Origin: a virus
Lineage: Duplodnaviria > Heunggongvirae > Uroviricota > Caudoviricetes
Strand: one strand, 5' to 3'
IMG/VR virus record: IMGVR_UViG_2529293241_000014
Length of the DNA stretch: 20,195 bases
Below the pieces are notes generated by a model. That model was not told where the DNA came from, made no database searches, and saw only the letters and a program-made list of their open reading frames with translations. The number at the start of each line of letters is the position of its first letter. Position 1 is the first letter of the stretch. The position numbers and the translations under genes were made by a program. This document shows positions 9,914-20,195 of this stretch, one piece after another.

Positions 9914-12079
9914 TTATTGAGGTGTCTCGGCTACTCCGCCGGAGGGGATTTGAACTTGACGCATAAGATTCGCGAAATCCATGCGTTGTGAATGAGTCTG
10001 GTCTGCATCTTTAAGAAGCAGCTCAGCGTTAGCACGAGCATCTTTGCTGCGCTGTTGCTGGAATTGACCTACGAGCCTGAGGTACTCACGCAGTTCTGCC
10101 TGCTTGTCGAGGTCCATATTGTTGAATATTTCTGCAATCTTCGCGGCGTTGAGTTGGTTTTGGGCTTCAACCTTGGCAGCTTCAACCTGAATCTGCGCCT
10201 GTTGGTTCTCTGCCTTGAGCAATTCAGCCTGACCTTGCAGAAGGATACCCTGCGCCTGAATTTGCTCTGCTGATGGCTGCTGCGGCTGTTGTTGTGCCTG
10301 CTGCACCATCTCCATCTCTTCAGGTGTTTCTGGTTTCTTCAGCCCCATCATCACCAGTTGCTTGTTCGCGTACTCTCGCATCATCTCGACGCCTTTACCG
10401 TCAAGCAGCGTGAAGTATTGCAGCATCAGCATCTGGAACTCTGGAGTACCTTGCGGAACCTTGGTGAGCAACTCCTGAATCTCTGCGCGGTTCTGTTCCT
10501 TCATACTCTGGAAGGATGGCCCAACGTCTGTATAGCACTCATATCGACCGCGAATGTCGTTGAGTGTGACCACATTGCCGGACTGGTAATCGACAACTTG
10601 CGCATAGAGTTGAACGTCTTTCTCGCTTCCATCTTCAAGTGTCAGCGTTACATGACGAGGAACGTCATAAATATCGTTGACCATTGAGGCATAAATCTCG
10701 CCATCACGTCGCATTGCGGTAGCCAGGTTATCCTGAAACACGTATGTCTCAAGGTCTGCCCGCATGTTCAGTTGATTGACGGTATCAAAAGCGACCTGAC
10801 CATTTGCCGCCTGCGCATCCACGCCAAGACTAGCCACTTCTTTCACTGCGTTGGTGGCAGCCTCAAGCATGTAAGCGTTGGCTTGCGGCACTTCAGGGTT
10901 TTCCATGTAGGAGATTGGACCAATCGGCAGGTCGTTACCGTTTTCATCAGTCCTGTTCTGCAGATAGTACGGATAGTCATCATTTCCGCCGTACATGTAT
11001 TCGTAGCCTTCGATTTGCTCAGGGAAGAAGGTCGGTTTCTTCTTCGGTGACCGAGCAACAATATCGGCGTTGAACGACATAATCATGTTACGAAGGCGTT
11101 GACCGTCTTTCGTCAGCCTTACCACACCCTCGTAGCACTCCTTGTCACCAGCGAATGACCATTCGCCATACACTGGAACGATTGGAATATGCTCTCCGGC
11201 TATCTTCTCGCGGTCTTTCAGTATCTGCGTACAGGTGATGATCGACTTATACACACGCCGACGCTTCACCTTGCGCTCTGCTACCTTAATGAATCCACGA
11301 TTAGCCAGGTCGTCGATGACGTCTTTGATATCCTGCTGGTAATAGCTGACCGGCTCACCTGTCAGCGGGTCGCGGTAGATGAAGACCTTCTCCTTCTCCT
11401 CTTCTACCTCGTAATACTCAGCGACGTAGACGACATCATTCGACACCCACGGGAATAGCCATGTATCGTTAGGATTCTGGAAAGATGGCAGGGTATCCGG
11501 GTCAATACCGTAATCCTCTGCGAACTCTTTCCAGCCATTGCGCGACAAGGCGTTAATCACCGTGCAGTGCTTAGCGTCGCTCTTATCCATCTGCTTGCTG
11601 TTGGCGTCCCATATGACGTGTGAGCAGGCTTCATGGATTGGCAGGCGTCGGATTACCTGATTGTTGCTTGTTGGATCGTTGTCTTCGTACTGCGTGACCA
11701 GACGCCATGCACCAACGCCTGACTCTATCTGCTCACGAACGCCAACGTTAACGGCAATCTTTGCCGTGTTATGGCGCATATCAGTACGATACATCCCCAT
11801 CAATACATCGGCTGCATCAGGATTAGCGCCGTCTTTGGGTCGGAAGAGAACGTCGACAGGGTTCCGGCGCATCTCTGCGACCAGTTTCCTGACCTCCGGG
11901 CGAACAACATCGAATTGTCCGCGATATTGCAGGGTAGTGTAGTTTGATAGCCAGTCATCCCATTGCGACACTCGGCTAAAATACAGGTCATTTGTCGCCT
12001 CGGTTCTGGCTTCATCGCTCGCCATCCAGTCTGCGTCAAACTTACACAGAATGGAATTGAGTCTGTTTTCGTCGGCCAT
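9914..12079 (-). CDS. Portal protein, P22 gp1 family
   Basis: 721-aa [21 protein letters not shown]...; long collinear similarity to the P22 portal, including the Q-rich C-terminal barrel region ending SGGVAETPQ. Confidence 0.95.
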   Translation of the reverse strand: MADENRLNSILCKFDADWMASDEARTEATNDLYFSRVSQWDDWLSNYTTLQYRGQFDVVRPEVRKLVAEMRRNPVDVLFRPKDGANPDAADVLMGMYRTDMRHNTAKIAVNVGVREQIESGVGAWRLVTQYEDNDPTSNNQVIRRLPIHEACSHVIWDANSKQMDKSDAKHCTVINALSRNGWKEFAEDYGIDPDTLPSFQNPNDTWLFPWVSNDVVYVAEYYEVEEEKEKVFIYRDPLTGEPVSYYQQDIKDVIDDLANRGFIKVAERKVKRRRVYKSIITCTQILKDREKIAGEHIPIVPVYGEWSFAGDKECYEGVVRLTKDGQRLRNMIMSFNADIVARSPKKKPTFFPEQIEGYEYMYGGNDDYPYYLQNRTDENGNDLPIGPISYMENPEVPQANAYMLEAATNAVKEVASLGVDAQAANGQVAFDTVNQLNMRADLETYVFQDNLATAMRRDGEIYASMVNDIYDVPRHVTLTLEDGSEKDVQLYAQVVDYQSGNVVTLNDIRGRYECYTDVGPSFQSMKEQNRAEIQELLTKVPQGTPEFQMLMLQYFTLLDGKGVEMMREYANKQLVMMGLKKPETPEEMEMVQQAQQQPQQPSAEQIQAQGILLQGQAELLKAENQQAQIQVEAAKVEAQNQLNAAKIAEIFNNMDLDKQAELREYLRLVGQFQQQRSKDARANAELLLKDADQTHSQRMDFANLMRQVQIPSGGVAETPQ

Positions 12080-13120
12080 TTAAGTTCTCCGTGCGATGGG
12101 CCTGATTGGGGCTGGTATCTTTTTCTCTTTTGGTTTTTTGATGTCGCGCATCATTTTTGCGAAGCGGCGCATCATGTATGCATAGCGAACGGCGGATAGC
12201 ACGTCGTCGTTAAGCTTGACGATTTTCCCGTTTTCATCACGGTGATAGAGGCGGAACTCCTCAAAGAATGGCTCACAGGTATTGAATACTTTGAAGCGAC
12301 CATCGAGCATCATGTCGCGCAATTCAGTGATGCCTGGCTCAACAGCGTTACCGCCATCAGGCCATGTCGCATGCTCCTGCAACATCATAAATCCAGCGTC
12401 TGCATACTGCCCTTTGAGCTGCTCACCGCCGCCCTTCTCGTGCTGGTTTCCATCATGAGGCCATGCGGTTGGCACTTTATGCGCCCATGATTTAACGGCT
12501 CCCCACGCCTGAACGGCTGTTTTTTCTTTCGCCTTCCACACGCGTGAAACGTAGATTGTGTCTGCCTCCTTATCCCACCAAAGCTGAACTTGCGCCTGTG
12601 GGTGATCCCATCCGAAATCCATCCCGCCAATTACGTAGAAGTGATCAGGACACTCGAACGGCTGACACTTAATCGTCTCTTCCGGTATCTGGAAGATTCG
12701 ACCACTACCCATCGTAGGAATACCGCGAGCACGCGCCTCTCTCTCATGCTCGGGATATGATGCGATGATTTGCTCTTTCTGCTCGTCGGTATAGTGCTCA
12801 GCGTCATAGATGGTCATGTTGACCACTTTCTGCGACTTGCTGGGGTTCTTCAGGAACTTGGTAACAACGTCAGACATCCCCATCAGCGGGGTAAACGTCA
12901 GAATTGAGAATTGCCCGTATTTGTTGGTACGGGTAAGACCTTCGCCATAAATGCTGTATGGTGGCTCTTCGTCAAACCACACGCCGTGGATTGTGTCACC
13001 CTGCCAGCGAGCACGGCCTTGCGAGTATGGCTTGAAGTAGCAGATTGAAATGCCATCTTCAACGCCATCAGCCGTGTGATGCTTAACCAGAAGGTGATCA
13101 ACAAGGTTCGGAAAGAAAGG
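12080..13120 (-). pseudogene. Large terminase subunit, 5'-truncated by IS911 (3' about 346 codons retained)
   Basis: The minus-strand frame is open from the IS911 end at 13120 through the stop at 12080. The retained part begins ...PFFPNLVDHLLVKHH..., includes a Walker-B-like VWFDEEP and the C-terminal nuclease region (GGMDFGWDHP...). No Walker A or start codon is present; the frame runs straight into the IS911 IRL. Confidence 0.85.
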
Positions 13121-13192
13121 TGAAGTGGCACACTGAATTTGGCCACCTGAACAGAGGTGATATGCTCACCTCAGAACAACACAGGTGCTCCA

Positions 13193-14361
<1,169 letters not shown>

Positions 14362-14369
14362 CCACTTCA

Positions 14370-14765
14370 AATACACTGAGCGATTACGCTGTATTGGTCC
14401 CTGAGAGACTTGAGGCAATCTTGGACCGAGCCGCTCAACGCGCAGGTCATGAGGATATTAGTGAGCTATTGGGCTGCACTGTATGCAGCTATGCGGGCGA
14501 TGATACAGGTATCTATCTCCTGCCTAAGCGGTTCGCTTCTATCTCTTTCAGGTCAACTAAAGACGCTAAGACGGTAGATGTCAAAGTGACCCGAAATAGT
14601 AACACTGCTGGGTATGACCTTGAGTTAATCAGTGTGGTCGATGTGTTGGCTACTGGTTCCGTTAAGGTGAAAGCAGGTGAGTTTGACGTTGAGAAAGACG
14701 CCTCTTTCCCGTTGATACATGTTATTCGGTTTACTACCCCCAGAGTAACTATAAACCCTGAGTGA
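14370..14765 (+). pseudogene. Orphan 3' fragment (about 132 codons) of an unknown gene, fused to the IS911 copy 1 IRR
   Basis: The frame is open from inside the IS through to the TGA at 14763-14765 and contains no ATG. Protein-like composition (...LGCTVCSYAGDDTGIYLLPKRF...KVTRNSNTAGYDLELISVVDVLATGSVKVKAGEFDVEKD...). I do not recognise the family. Confidence 0.35.
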
Positions 14766-14782
14766 ACATAAGGAGTACATCC

Positions 14783-14854
14783 ATGAGCTTACAGGAGTTG
14801 TTTGAGCTCGTCCTCTGTGTCCACTTGGTCTGCCAGATGCTCTACAGGGAGTGA
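14783..14854 (+). CDS. Candidate 23-aa small ORF (MSLQELFELVLCVHLVCQMLYRE)
   Basis: ATG at 14783 lies 7 nt after a consensus AAGGAG (14770-14775), immediately downstream of the fragment's stop. The product is short and hydrophobic. Support is RBS geometry only. Confidence 0.2.
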   Translation: MSLQELFELVLCVHLVCQMLYRE

Positions 14855-15287
14855 TAGATAATAACAATCAGCAGTATGCCCGCAATAGCTATTGCTCTGG
14901 TGCTTACAGGTCTTCACTTTGCGGTCGGTGGGGGCTAGTGGCGGTAGGTTATGACCTTGTATTAAAAAAATCTCACAAAAATCTCTGTAGGTATCTAATA
15001 GACAAAGGTCGGTGCCTCTCCCCCCTTGGCCCCTTTCAAGTCTGGACGATTGGGGCCACTGTCTTAAAGTTAGGACTTCGGTTACTCGTTCCAGAGTCAC
15101 GAGAGGACTTGACCAGAGATAAATTAATGTGTAACCATAACTGTAACCACAAGGATTCATCATCCTTTAGGAAGCAAATGGTTAGCGGCTGATTATCTTC
15201 GATACCTCGATTCCCGCTGCCCGCTCCAGTTAGAGTCTTTCAGTCTGCGATGATGGGAAATCCCGGAGTGACTGAAAGACGTTTAAG

Positions 15288-15359
15288 TTATGAATGATCG
15301 CTTTTTTTGCAAAATTGCTGTGCAGAAATACTAACCTTCGGGCAGGCGATCATTCATAA
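15288..15359 (+). promoter_or_regulatory. Perfect 14-bp inverted repeat (TTATGAATGATCGC ... GCGATCATTCATAA) with 44-nt spacer, upstream of the lysis cassette
   Basis: Arms at 15288-15301 and 15346-15359 are exact reverse complements. The spacer contains TTGCAA-N16-TACTAA, a weak sigma70-like pair. The position fits the late-promoter/leader region of a lambdoid late operon. Confidence 0.4.
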
Positions 15360-15433
15360 GCACTCTGCTTTTATTCCGATTAACTGTGGGTGGTTTGTTG
15401 GATAGAGTGCTTCCCTTACTGTATATATCGTTT

Positions 15434-15459
15434 CGCCCGCTTTTGCGGGTTTTTCTTTT
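15434..15459 (+). terminator. Rho-independent terminator-like hairpin (candidate tR'-like site), 60 nt upstream of the holin
   Basis: CGCCCGC-TTTT-GCGGGT followed by TTTTCTTTT: GC-rich stem, 4-nt loop and a U-run on the plus strand. Confidence 0.55.
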
Positions 15460-15519
15460 CAAATCCCTTTCATTTCTCAGTGTAAAACTACGCCATCCGT
15501 TATTTGCGGAGGTGAGGCT

Positions 15520-15735
15520 ATGAAATCCATGGACAAAATTTCAACGGGCATTGCCTACGGCACCTCCTCAGGCAGTGCTGGCTACTGGTTTTTACAGTGG
15601 CTTGATCAGGTCAGTCCGTCACAGTGGGCTGCGATTGGTGTACTGGGGAGTCTGGTTCTGGGCTTCCTGACTTATCTGACAAATCTGTACTTCAAAATCA
15701 GAGAAGACAAGCGTAAGGCTGCACGGGGAGAGTAA
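15520..15735 (+). CDS. S: Pinholin, phage 21 S21 type (class II holin with dual-start MKSM motif)
   Basis: 71 aa, [71 protein letters not shown]; near-identical to S21 as recalled. GGAGG RBS at 15507-15511. Met1/Met4 dual start is consistent with holin/antiholin products. Confidence 0.95.
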   Translation: MKSMDKISTGIAYGTSSGSAGYWFLQWLDQVSPSQWAAIGVLGSLVLGFLTYLTNLYFKIREDKRKAARGE

Positions 15736-15739
15736 TTCA

Positions 15740-16054
15740 ATGACACAAAAATATGAACTGATTGTGAAAGGGATCCGCAATTTTGAGAATAAAGTTACGG
15801 TAACTTTAGCGTTACGGGACAAAAAACGCTTTGACGGTGAAATTTTTGACCTGGACATCTCGCTGGACCGTGTTGAAGGTGCCGCGCTGGAGTTTTATGA
15901 GGCAGCAGCCAGAAGGAGCATCAGACAGGTCTTCCTGGATGTTGCTGCCGGGTTATGTGAAGGGGACGAGCTGTTGCCAGAAACGCGCCCCTGTTCAGAG
16001 GCGCGGTATACCATAAAAATTAACAGTTCTGATAACTCGATTACGGGTTGTTAG
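15740..16054 (+). CDS. Conserved hypothetical protein of lambdoid lysis cassettes (YdfR-like; DUF1327 by recollection)
   Basis: 104-aa ORF starting 5 nt after the holin stop and ending 55 nt before the endolysin start. The same holin-ORF-endolysin arrangement is recalled from the E. coli K-12 Qin prophage (essQ-ydfR-rrrQ). Hydrophilic, no TM segment. Confidence 0.75.
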   Translation: MTQKYELIVKGIRNFENKVTVTLALRDKKRFDGEIFDLDISLDRVEGAALEFYEAAARRSIRQVFLDVAAGLCEGDELLPETRPCSEARYTIKINSSDNSITGC

Positions 16055-16109
16055 CTTTTTGCAGTTAGCTTTCCAGTATCTTTCATTGGTAGCATCCTGA
16101 TAAATATCC

Positions 16110-16643
16110 ATGAGCGCAAAAATCAAATACGGCCTGTCAGCTGCTGTTCTGGCGCTGATTGCTGCAGGCGCGTCTGCTCCTCAAATACTTGACCAGTTTC
16201 TGGATGAAAAAGAGGGTAACCACACTACGGCATACCGCGATGGTTCCGGTATATGGACCATCTGTCGTGGTGCCACAATGGTGGATGGTAAGCCCGTCAT
16301 ACCGGGAATGAAGCTGTCGAAGGAAAAATGCGACCAGGTTAACGCTATTGAACGTGATAAGGCGCTGGCATGGGTGGAGCGCAATATTAAAGTACCACTG
16401 ACCGAACCACAGAAAGCGGGTATAGCGTCATTTTGTCCCTATAACATTGGCCCAGGTAAGTGTTTCCCGTCGACGTTTTATAAGCGGCTGAATGCCGGTG
16501 ATCGTAAGGGCGCATGCGAGGCGATTCGCTGGTGGATAAAAGATGGTGGGCGCGATTGCCGCATACGTTCAAATAACTGCTATGGACAGGTTATTCGTCG
16601 TGACCAGGAAAGCGCATTAGCCTGTTGGGGGATAGATCAGTGA
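16110..16643 (+). CDS. R: SAR (signal-anchor-release) endolysin, T4-lysozyme-like muramidase
   Basis: 177 aa with a weakly hydrophobic Ala/Gly-rich N-terminal segment (YGLSAAVLALIAAGASAP) and the catalytic E-8aa-D-5aa-T triad (EGNHTTAYRDGSGIWT). Pairs naturally with a pinholin. Confidence 0.9.
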   Translation: MSAKIKYGLSAAVLALIAAGASAPQILDQFLDEKEGNHTTAYRDGSGIWTICRGATMVDGKPVIPGMKLSKEKCDQVNAIERDKALAWVERNIKVPLTEPQKAGIASFCPYNIGPGKCFPSTFYKRLNAGDRKGACEAIRWWIKDGGRDCRIRSNNCYGQVIRRDQESALACWGIDQ

Positions 16644-16648
16644 GCTGA

Positions 16649-17107
16649 GTCGCCGCGATTATTTATGCTCTGGTTATCTGCATCATCGTCTGCCTGTCGT
16701 GGGCGGTCAATCATTACCGTGATAACGCCATCGCCTACAAAGAACAGCGTGATAAAAAAGTCAGTGAGCTGAAGCTGGCGACCGCCACCATTACTGACAT
16801 GCAGCAACGCCAGCGTGCTGCTGATGTACTCGATGCTAAATACACGAAGGAGTTGGCTGATGCGAAAGCTGAAAATGATGCTCTTCGGCGCAAGCTTGAT
16901 AATGGTGGCCGGGTGCTCGTCAAAGGAAAATGCTCTGTGCCATCCTCAGCCGAAACCTCCAGCGCCTCCGGCATGGGCAATGATGCCACCGTCGAACTCT
17001 CTCCAGTTGCTGGACGAAACGTTCTCGGTATCCGGGACGGAATCATCAGAGACCAGACAGCACTGAGAACGCTTCAGGAATATATCAGGACGCAATGCCT
17101 TCGATGA
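16649..17107 (+). CDS. Rz: Rz-like i-spanin (lambda Rz family); canonical start disrupted, start uncertain
   Basis: Frame encodes (V)[35 protein letters not shown]...[20 protein letters not shown]...TQCLR, collinear with lambda Rz. The lambda-type start overlapping the endolysin stop reads GTG AGC TGA (16640-16648), an in-frame stop at codon 3. The next in-frame ATG is at 16799, downstream of the TM segment. Confidence 0.6.
   Translation, partial: VAAIIYALVICIIVCLSWAVNHYRDNAIAYKEQRDKKVSELKLATATITDMQQRQRAADVLDAKYTKELADAKAENDALRRKLDNGGRVLVKGKCSVPSSAETSSASGMGNDATVELSPVAGRNVLGIRDGIIRDQTALRTLQEYIRTQCLR
16860..17066 (+). CDS. Rz1: Rz1-like o-spanin (outer-membrane lipoprotein) embedded in the +1 frame of Rz
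   Basis: [46 protein letters not shown]...: signal peptide, VAGC lipobox and proline-rich mature part, fully nested inside Rz as in lambda. Confidence 0.75.
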   Translation: MRKLKMMLFGASLIMVAGCSSKENALCHPQPKPPAPPAWAMMPPSNSLQLLDETFSVSGTESSETRQH

Positions 17108-17281
17108 TAGAGATAATTTTACTCATCATCCTTCACATCTGGCTCTGTAGACAGGGTGGTGATCACTTCTGGAGTGAATCCAGATTAAACATCTCATTGC
17201 TGATGCTTAAAGTTGAGCATTTGGCGCGCGGTAAGGGGCTGCGTTTAGATAAGAGCCAGTCATCACAAACACCAGGATTTA

Positions 17282-17304
17282 GCCTCGCATTCGCGGGGCT
17301 TTTT
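17282..17304 (+). terminator. Rho-independent terminator downstream of Rz/Rz1
   Basis: GCCTCGC-ATTC-GCGGGGC followed by TTTTT: 7-bp GC-rich stem with one G-U pair, 4-nt loop and U-tract, 175 nt after the Rz stop. Confidence 0.7.
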
Positions 17305-17331
17305 ATTGCAACAAAGGTAAAGATGAAGTGG

Positions 17332-18500
<1,169 letters not shown>

Positions 18501-18577
18501 TGGAGCACCTGTGTTGTTCTGAGGTGAGCATATCACCTCTGTTCAGGTGGCCAAATTCAGTGTGCCACTTCAAGACG

Positions 18578-18865
18578 ATGGATGAAGAATATCGTAAAGA
18601 CCTGCAACTGTGGTTTGGTCTTACGCATGCGTCGTTCTGCGTGATGCCGCGAGTATTCATGGAGGCTATGCCTCCAGAATGGCAAGAGAAGATGGCTCAG
18701 TTGCTTTTTGAGTATAGCGACACGATCAAAACGGATGTCTGCGGAGTTCACAGCTGTTTTGTTACTGCCAAAGACGGCAACAACCGCTTTATGAGGATGC
18801 CAGAAGATATTCTGAACTATCGTCATCCTCGACGTGAATTCATCGAATCATTTCTGAAGAAGTAG
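18578..18865 (+). CDS. Hypothetical phage protein (95 aa) downstream of the lysis cassette
   Basis: ATG at 18578 begins MDEEYRKDLQLWFGLTHASFCVMPRVFMEAMPPEWQEKMAQLLFEYSDTIKTDVCGVHSCFVTAKDGNNRFMRMPEDILNYRHPRREFIESFLKK. Same orientation as the lysis genes. Its likely native RBS (AAAGG at 17314-17318) is now separated from the ATG by the IS911 copy 2 insertion. Confidence 0.5.
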   Translation: MDEEYRKDLQLWFGLTHASFCVMPRVFMEAMPPEWQEKMAQLLFEYSDTIKTDVCGVHSCFVTAKDGNNRFMRMPEDILNYRHPRREFIESFLKK

Positions 18866-18921
18866 CCATTACAAAGCCTATCTACGGGTGGGTTTGATAA
18901 TGGCTTATACTGGATTTGCCC

Positions 18922-19827
18922 CTATATTTCCAGACATCTGTTATCACTTAACCCATTACAAGCCCGCTGCCGCAGATATTCCCGTGGCGAGCGATAACCC
19001 AGCGCACTATGCGGATGCCATTCGTTATAATGCTCGAACGCCTCTGCAAGGTTCTTTGCTGCCGTTAACCCGTCTGGTTTGGGCATGATACTGATGTAGT
19101 CACGCTTTATCGTTTTCACGAAGCTCTCTGCTATTCCGTTACTCTCCGGACTCCGCACCGCCGTGTTCTTCGGTTCAAGTCCCAACATCCGGGCGAACTG
19201 GCGTGTTTCATTAGCCCGGTAGCATGAACCATTATCCGTCAGCCACTCCACTGGAGACGACGGAAGATCGTTGCCGAAGCGGCGTTCCACCGCTCCCAGC
19301 ATGACGTCCTGTACTGTTTCACTGTTGAAGCCGCCGGTAGTCCCCGCCCAGTGCAGTGCCTCACGATCACAGCAGTCCAGCGCGAACGTGACACGCAGTC
19401 TCTCTCCGTTATCACAGCAGAACTCGAACCCGTCAGAGCACCATCGCTGATTGCTTTCTTTCACGGCCACTCTGCCTGTATGTGCCCGTTTCGATGGCGG
19501 TACAGCAGGTTTTCGCTCAAGCAACAGCGCATTCTGGCGCATGAGCCGGTAAACACGTTTGGCATTGATCGCAGGCATACCATCAAGTTCTGCCTGTCTG
19601 CGAAGCAGCGCCCATACCCGACGATAACCATACGTGGGCAGCTCTCCGATAACATGGTGTATACGGAGAAGCACATCCGTATCATCAGTGTGACGACTGC
19701 GGCGGCCATCCATCCAGTCATCGGTTCGTCTGAGAATGACGTGCAACTGCGCACGCGACACCCGGAGACAACGGCTGACTAAGCTTACTCCCCATCCCCG
19801 GGCAATAAGGGCGCGTGCGCTATCCAC
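18922..19827 (-). CDS. insD: IS2 InsD (OrfB, DDE transposase domain)
   Basis: 301-aa [41 protein letters not shown]... matching IS2 InsD as recalled; overlaps the 3' end of insC as in IS2. Confidence 0.95.
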   Translation of the reverse strand: MDSARALIARGWGVSLVSRCLRVSRAQLHVILRRTDDWMDGRRSRHTDDTDVLLRIHHVIGELPTYGYRRVWALLRRQAELDGMPAINAKRVYRLMRQNALLLERKPAVPPSKRAHTGRVAVKESNQRWCSDGFEFCCDNGERLRVTFALDCCDREALHWAGTTGGFNSETVQDVMLGAVERRFGNDLPSSPVEWLTDNGSCYRANETRQFARMLGLEPKNTAVRSPESNGIAESFVKTIKRDYISIMPKPDGLTAAKNLAEAFEHYNEWHPHSALGYRSPREYLRQRACNGLSDNRCLEI

Positions 19828-20150
19828 TTTTTTGCCCGTCCATATTCAACGGCTTCTTTGAGGAGTTCATTTTTCATCGTTTTCTTGCCGAGCAGGCGCT
19901 GGAGTTCTTTAATCTGCTTCATGGCGGCAGCAAGTTCAGAGGCAGGAACAACCTGTTCTCCGGCGGCCACAGCAGTAAGACTTCCTTCCTGGTATTGCTT
20001 ACGCCAGAGAAATAACTGGCTGGCTGCTACACCATGTTGCCGGGCAACGAGGGAGACCGTCATCCCCGGTTCAAAGCTCTGCTGAACAATTGCGATCTTT
20101 TCCTGTGTGGTACGCCGTCTGCGTTTCTCCGGCCCTAAGACATCAATAAT
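19785..20150 (-). CDS. insC: IS2 InsC (OrfA) with the initiator codon position reading ATT instead of ATG
   Basis: Protein [55 protein letters not shown]... is IS2 InsC. The codon at 20148-20150 (plus strand AAT) gives ATT where canonical IS2 has ATG, by my recollection. An E-to-K difference (KTMKNELL) is also present. Confidence 0.8.
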   Translation of the reverse strand: MIDVLGPEKRRRRTTQEKIAIVQQSFEPGMTVSLVARQHGVAASQLFLWRKQYQEGSLTAVAAGEQVVPASELAAAMKQIKELQRLLGKKTMKNELLKEAVEYGRAKKWIAHAPLLPGDGE

Positions 20151-20195
20151 CTGTTCTCCAATGACAAGTCTAAAAACTAGTATTAAGACTATCAC

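Larger units (their letters stand above)
18911..20195 (-). mobile_element. IS2 (IS3 family), partial; element continues beyond the window end
   Basis: 18911-18951 is the reverse complement of the IS2 right end (TTAAGTGATAACAGATGTCTGGAAATATAGGGGCAAATCCA) as recalled. insD and insC reading frames are present; the left end region (…GTGATAGTCTTAATACTAGTTTTTAGAC) runs off the window. Confidence 0.95.

Noticed and set aside
634-10687. Many 60-130 aa ORFs on the plus strand inside the structural block (for example 634-879, 905-1114, 1809-2162, 8572-8943, 9208-9426, 10289-10687), plus the minus-strand ORF 9198-9572
   Set aside because: All lie antisense to, or out of frame within, confidently identified phage structural genes, and have odd compositions (Cys/Trp/His/Arg-rich). 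They are by-products of the coding strand, not genes.
12898-13146. 82-aa minus-strand ORF starting inside the IS911 IRL and reading into the terminase region
   Set aside because: It is out of frame with the terminase and begins within the IS terminal repeat; a read-through artefact.
14789-15192. ORFs 14789-15163 (minus, 124 aa) and 14851-15192 (plus, 113 aa) in the gap before the lysis cassette
   Set aside because: They overlap each other on opposite strands, lack convincing RBSs and have non-protein-like compositions. I could not tie either to a family, so the region is treated as non-coding or regulatory.
14766-15519. Possible tRNA genes, as found between Q and S in many lambdoid prophages
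   Set aside because: I looked for T-loop-like GGTTCGA motifs and acceptor-stem complementarity and found no convincing cloverleaf. A tRNAscan-SE run would settle it.

Overview
This window is a defective, IS-riddled P22-like (Sf6/HK620-type) prophage segment from an enterobacterial chromosome; the IS629/IS911/IS2 content suggests a Shigella-like or E. coli host (inference). I found no obviously novel system, but several rearrangement and regulatory oddities are worth checking. All calls rest on reading the sequence and ORF track against remembered protein families; no searches were run. The minus strand from 453 to 13120 carries a compact, intact-looking virion module: the 3' two-thirds of the large terminase, portal, scaffold, coat, a small ORF, gp4-, gp10-, knobbed tail needle, gp14-, gp7-, gp20-like genes and an SLT-domain protein in the gp16 position. 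The large terminase is cut at 13120/13121 by an IS911 copy with no target duplication. A second, inverted IS911 copy (17324-18572) has a 3-bp AGA duplication. Between the two copies, on the plus strand, lies a lambdoid lysis cassette: phage-21-type pinholin, a YdfR-like ORF, SAR endolysin, Rz/Rz1 and a terminator. IS629 truncates the left edge and IS2 the right edge. The layout fits a single IS911-mediated inversion that left the prophage unable to package DNA.
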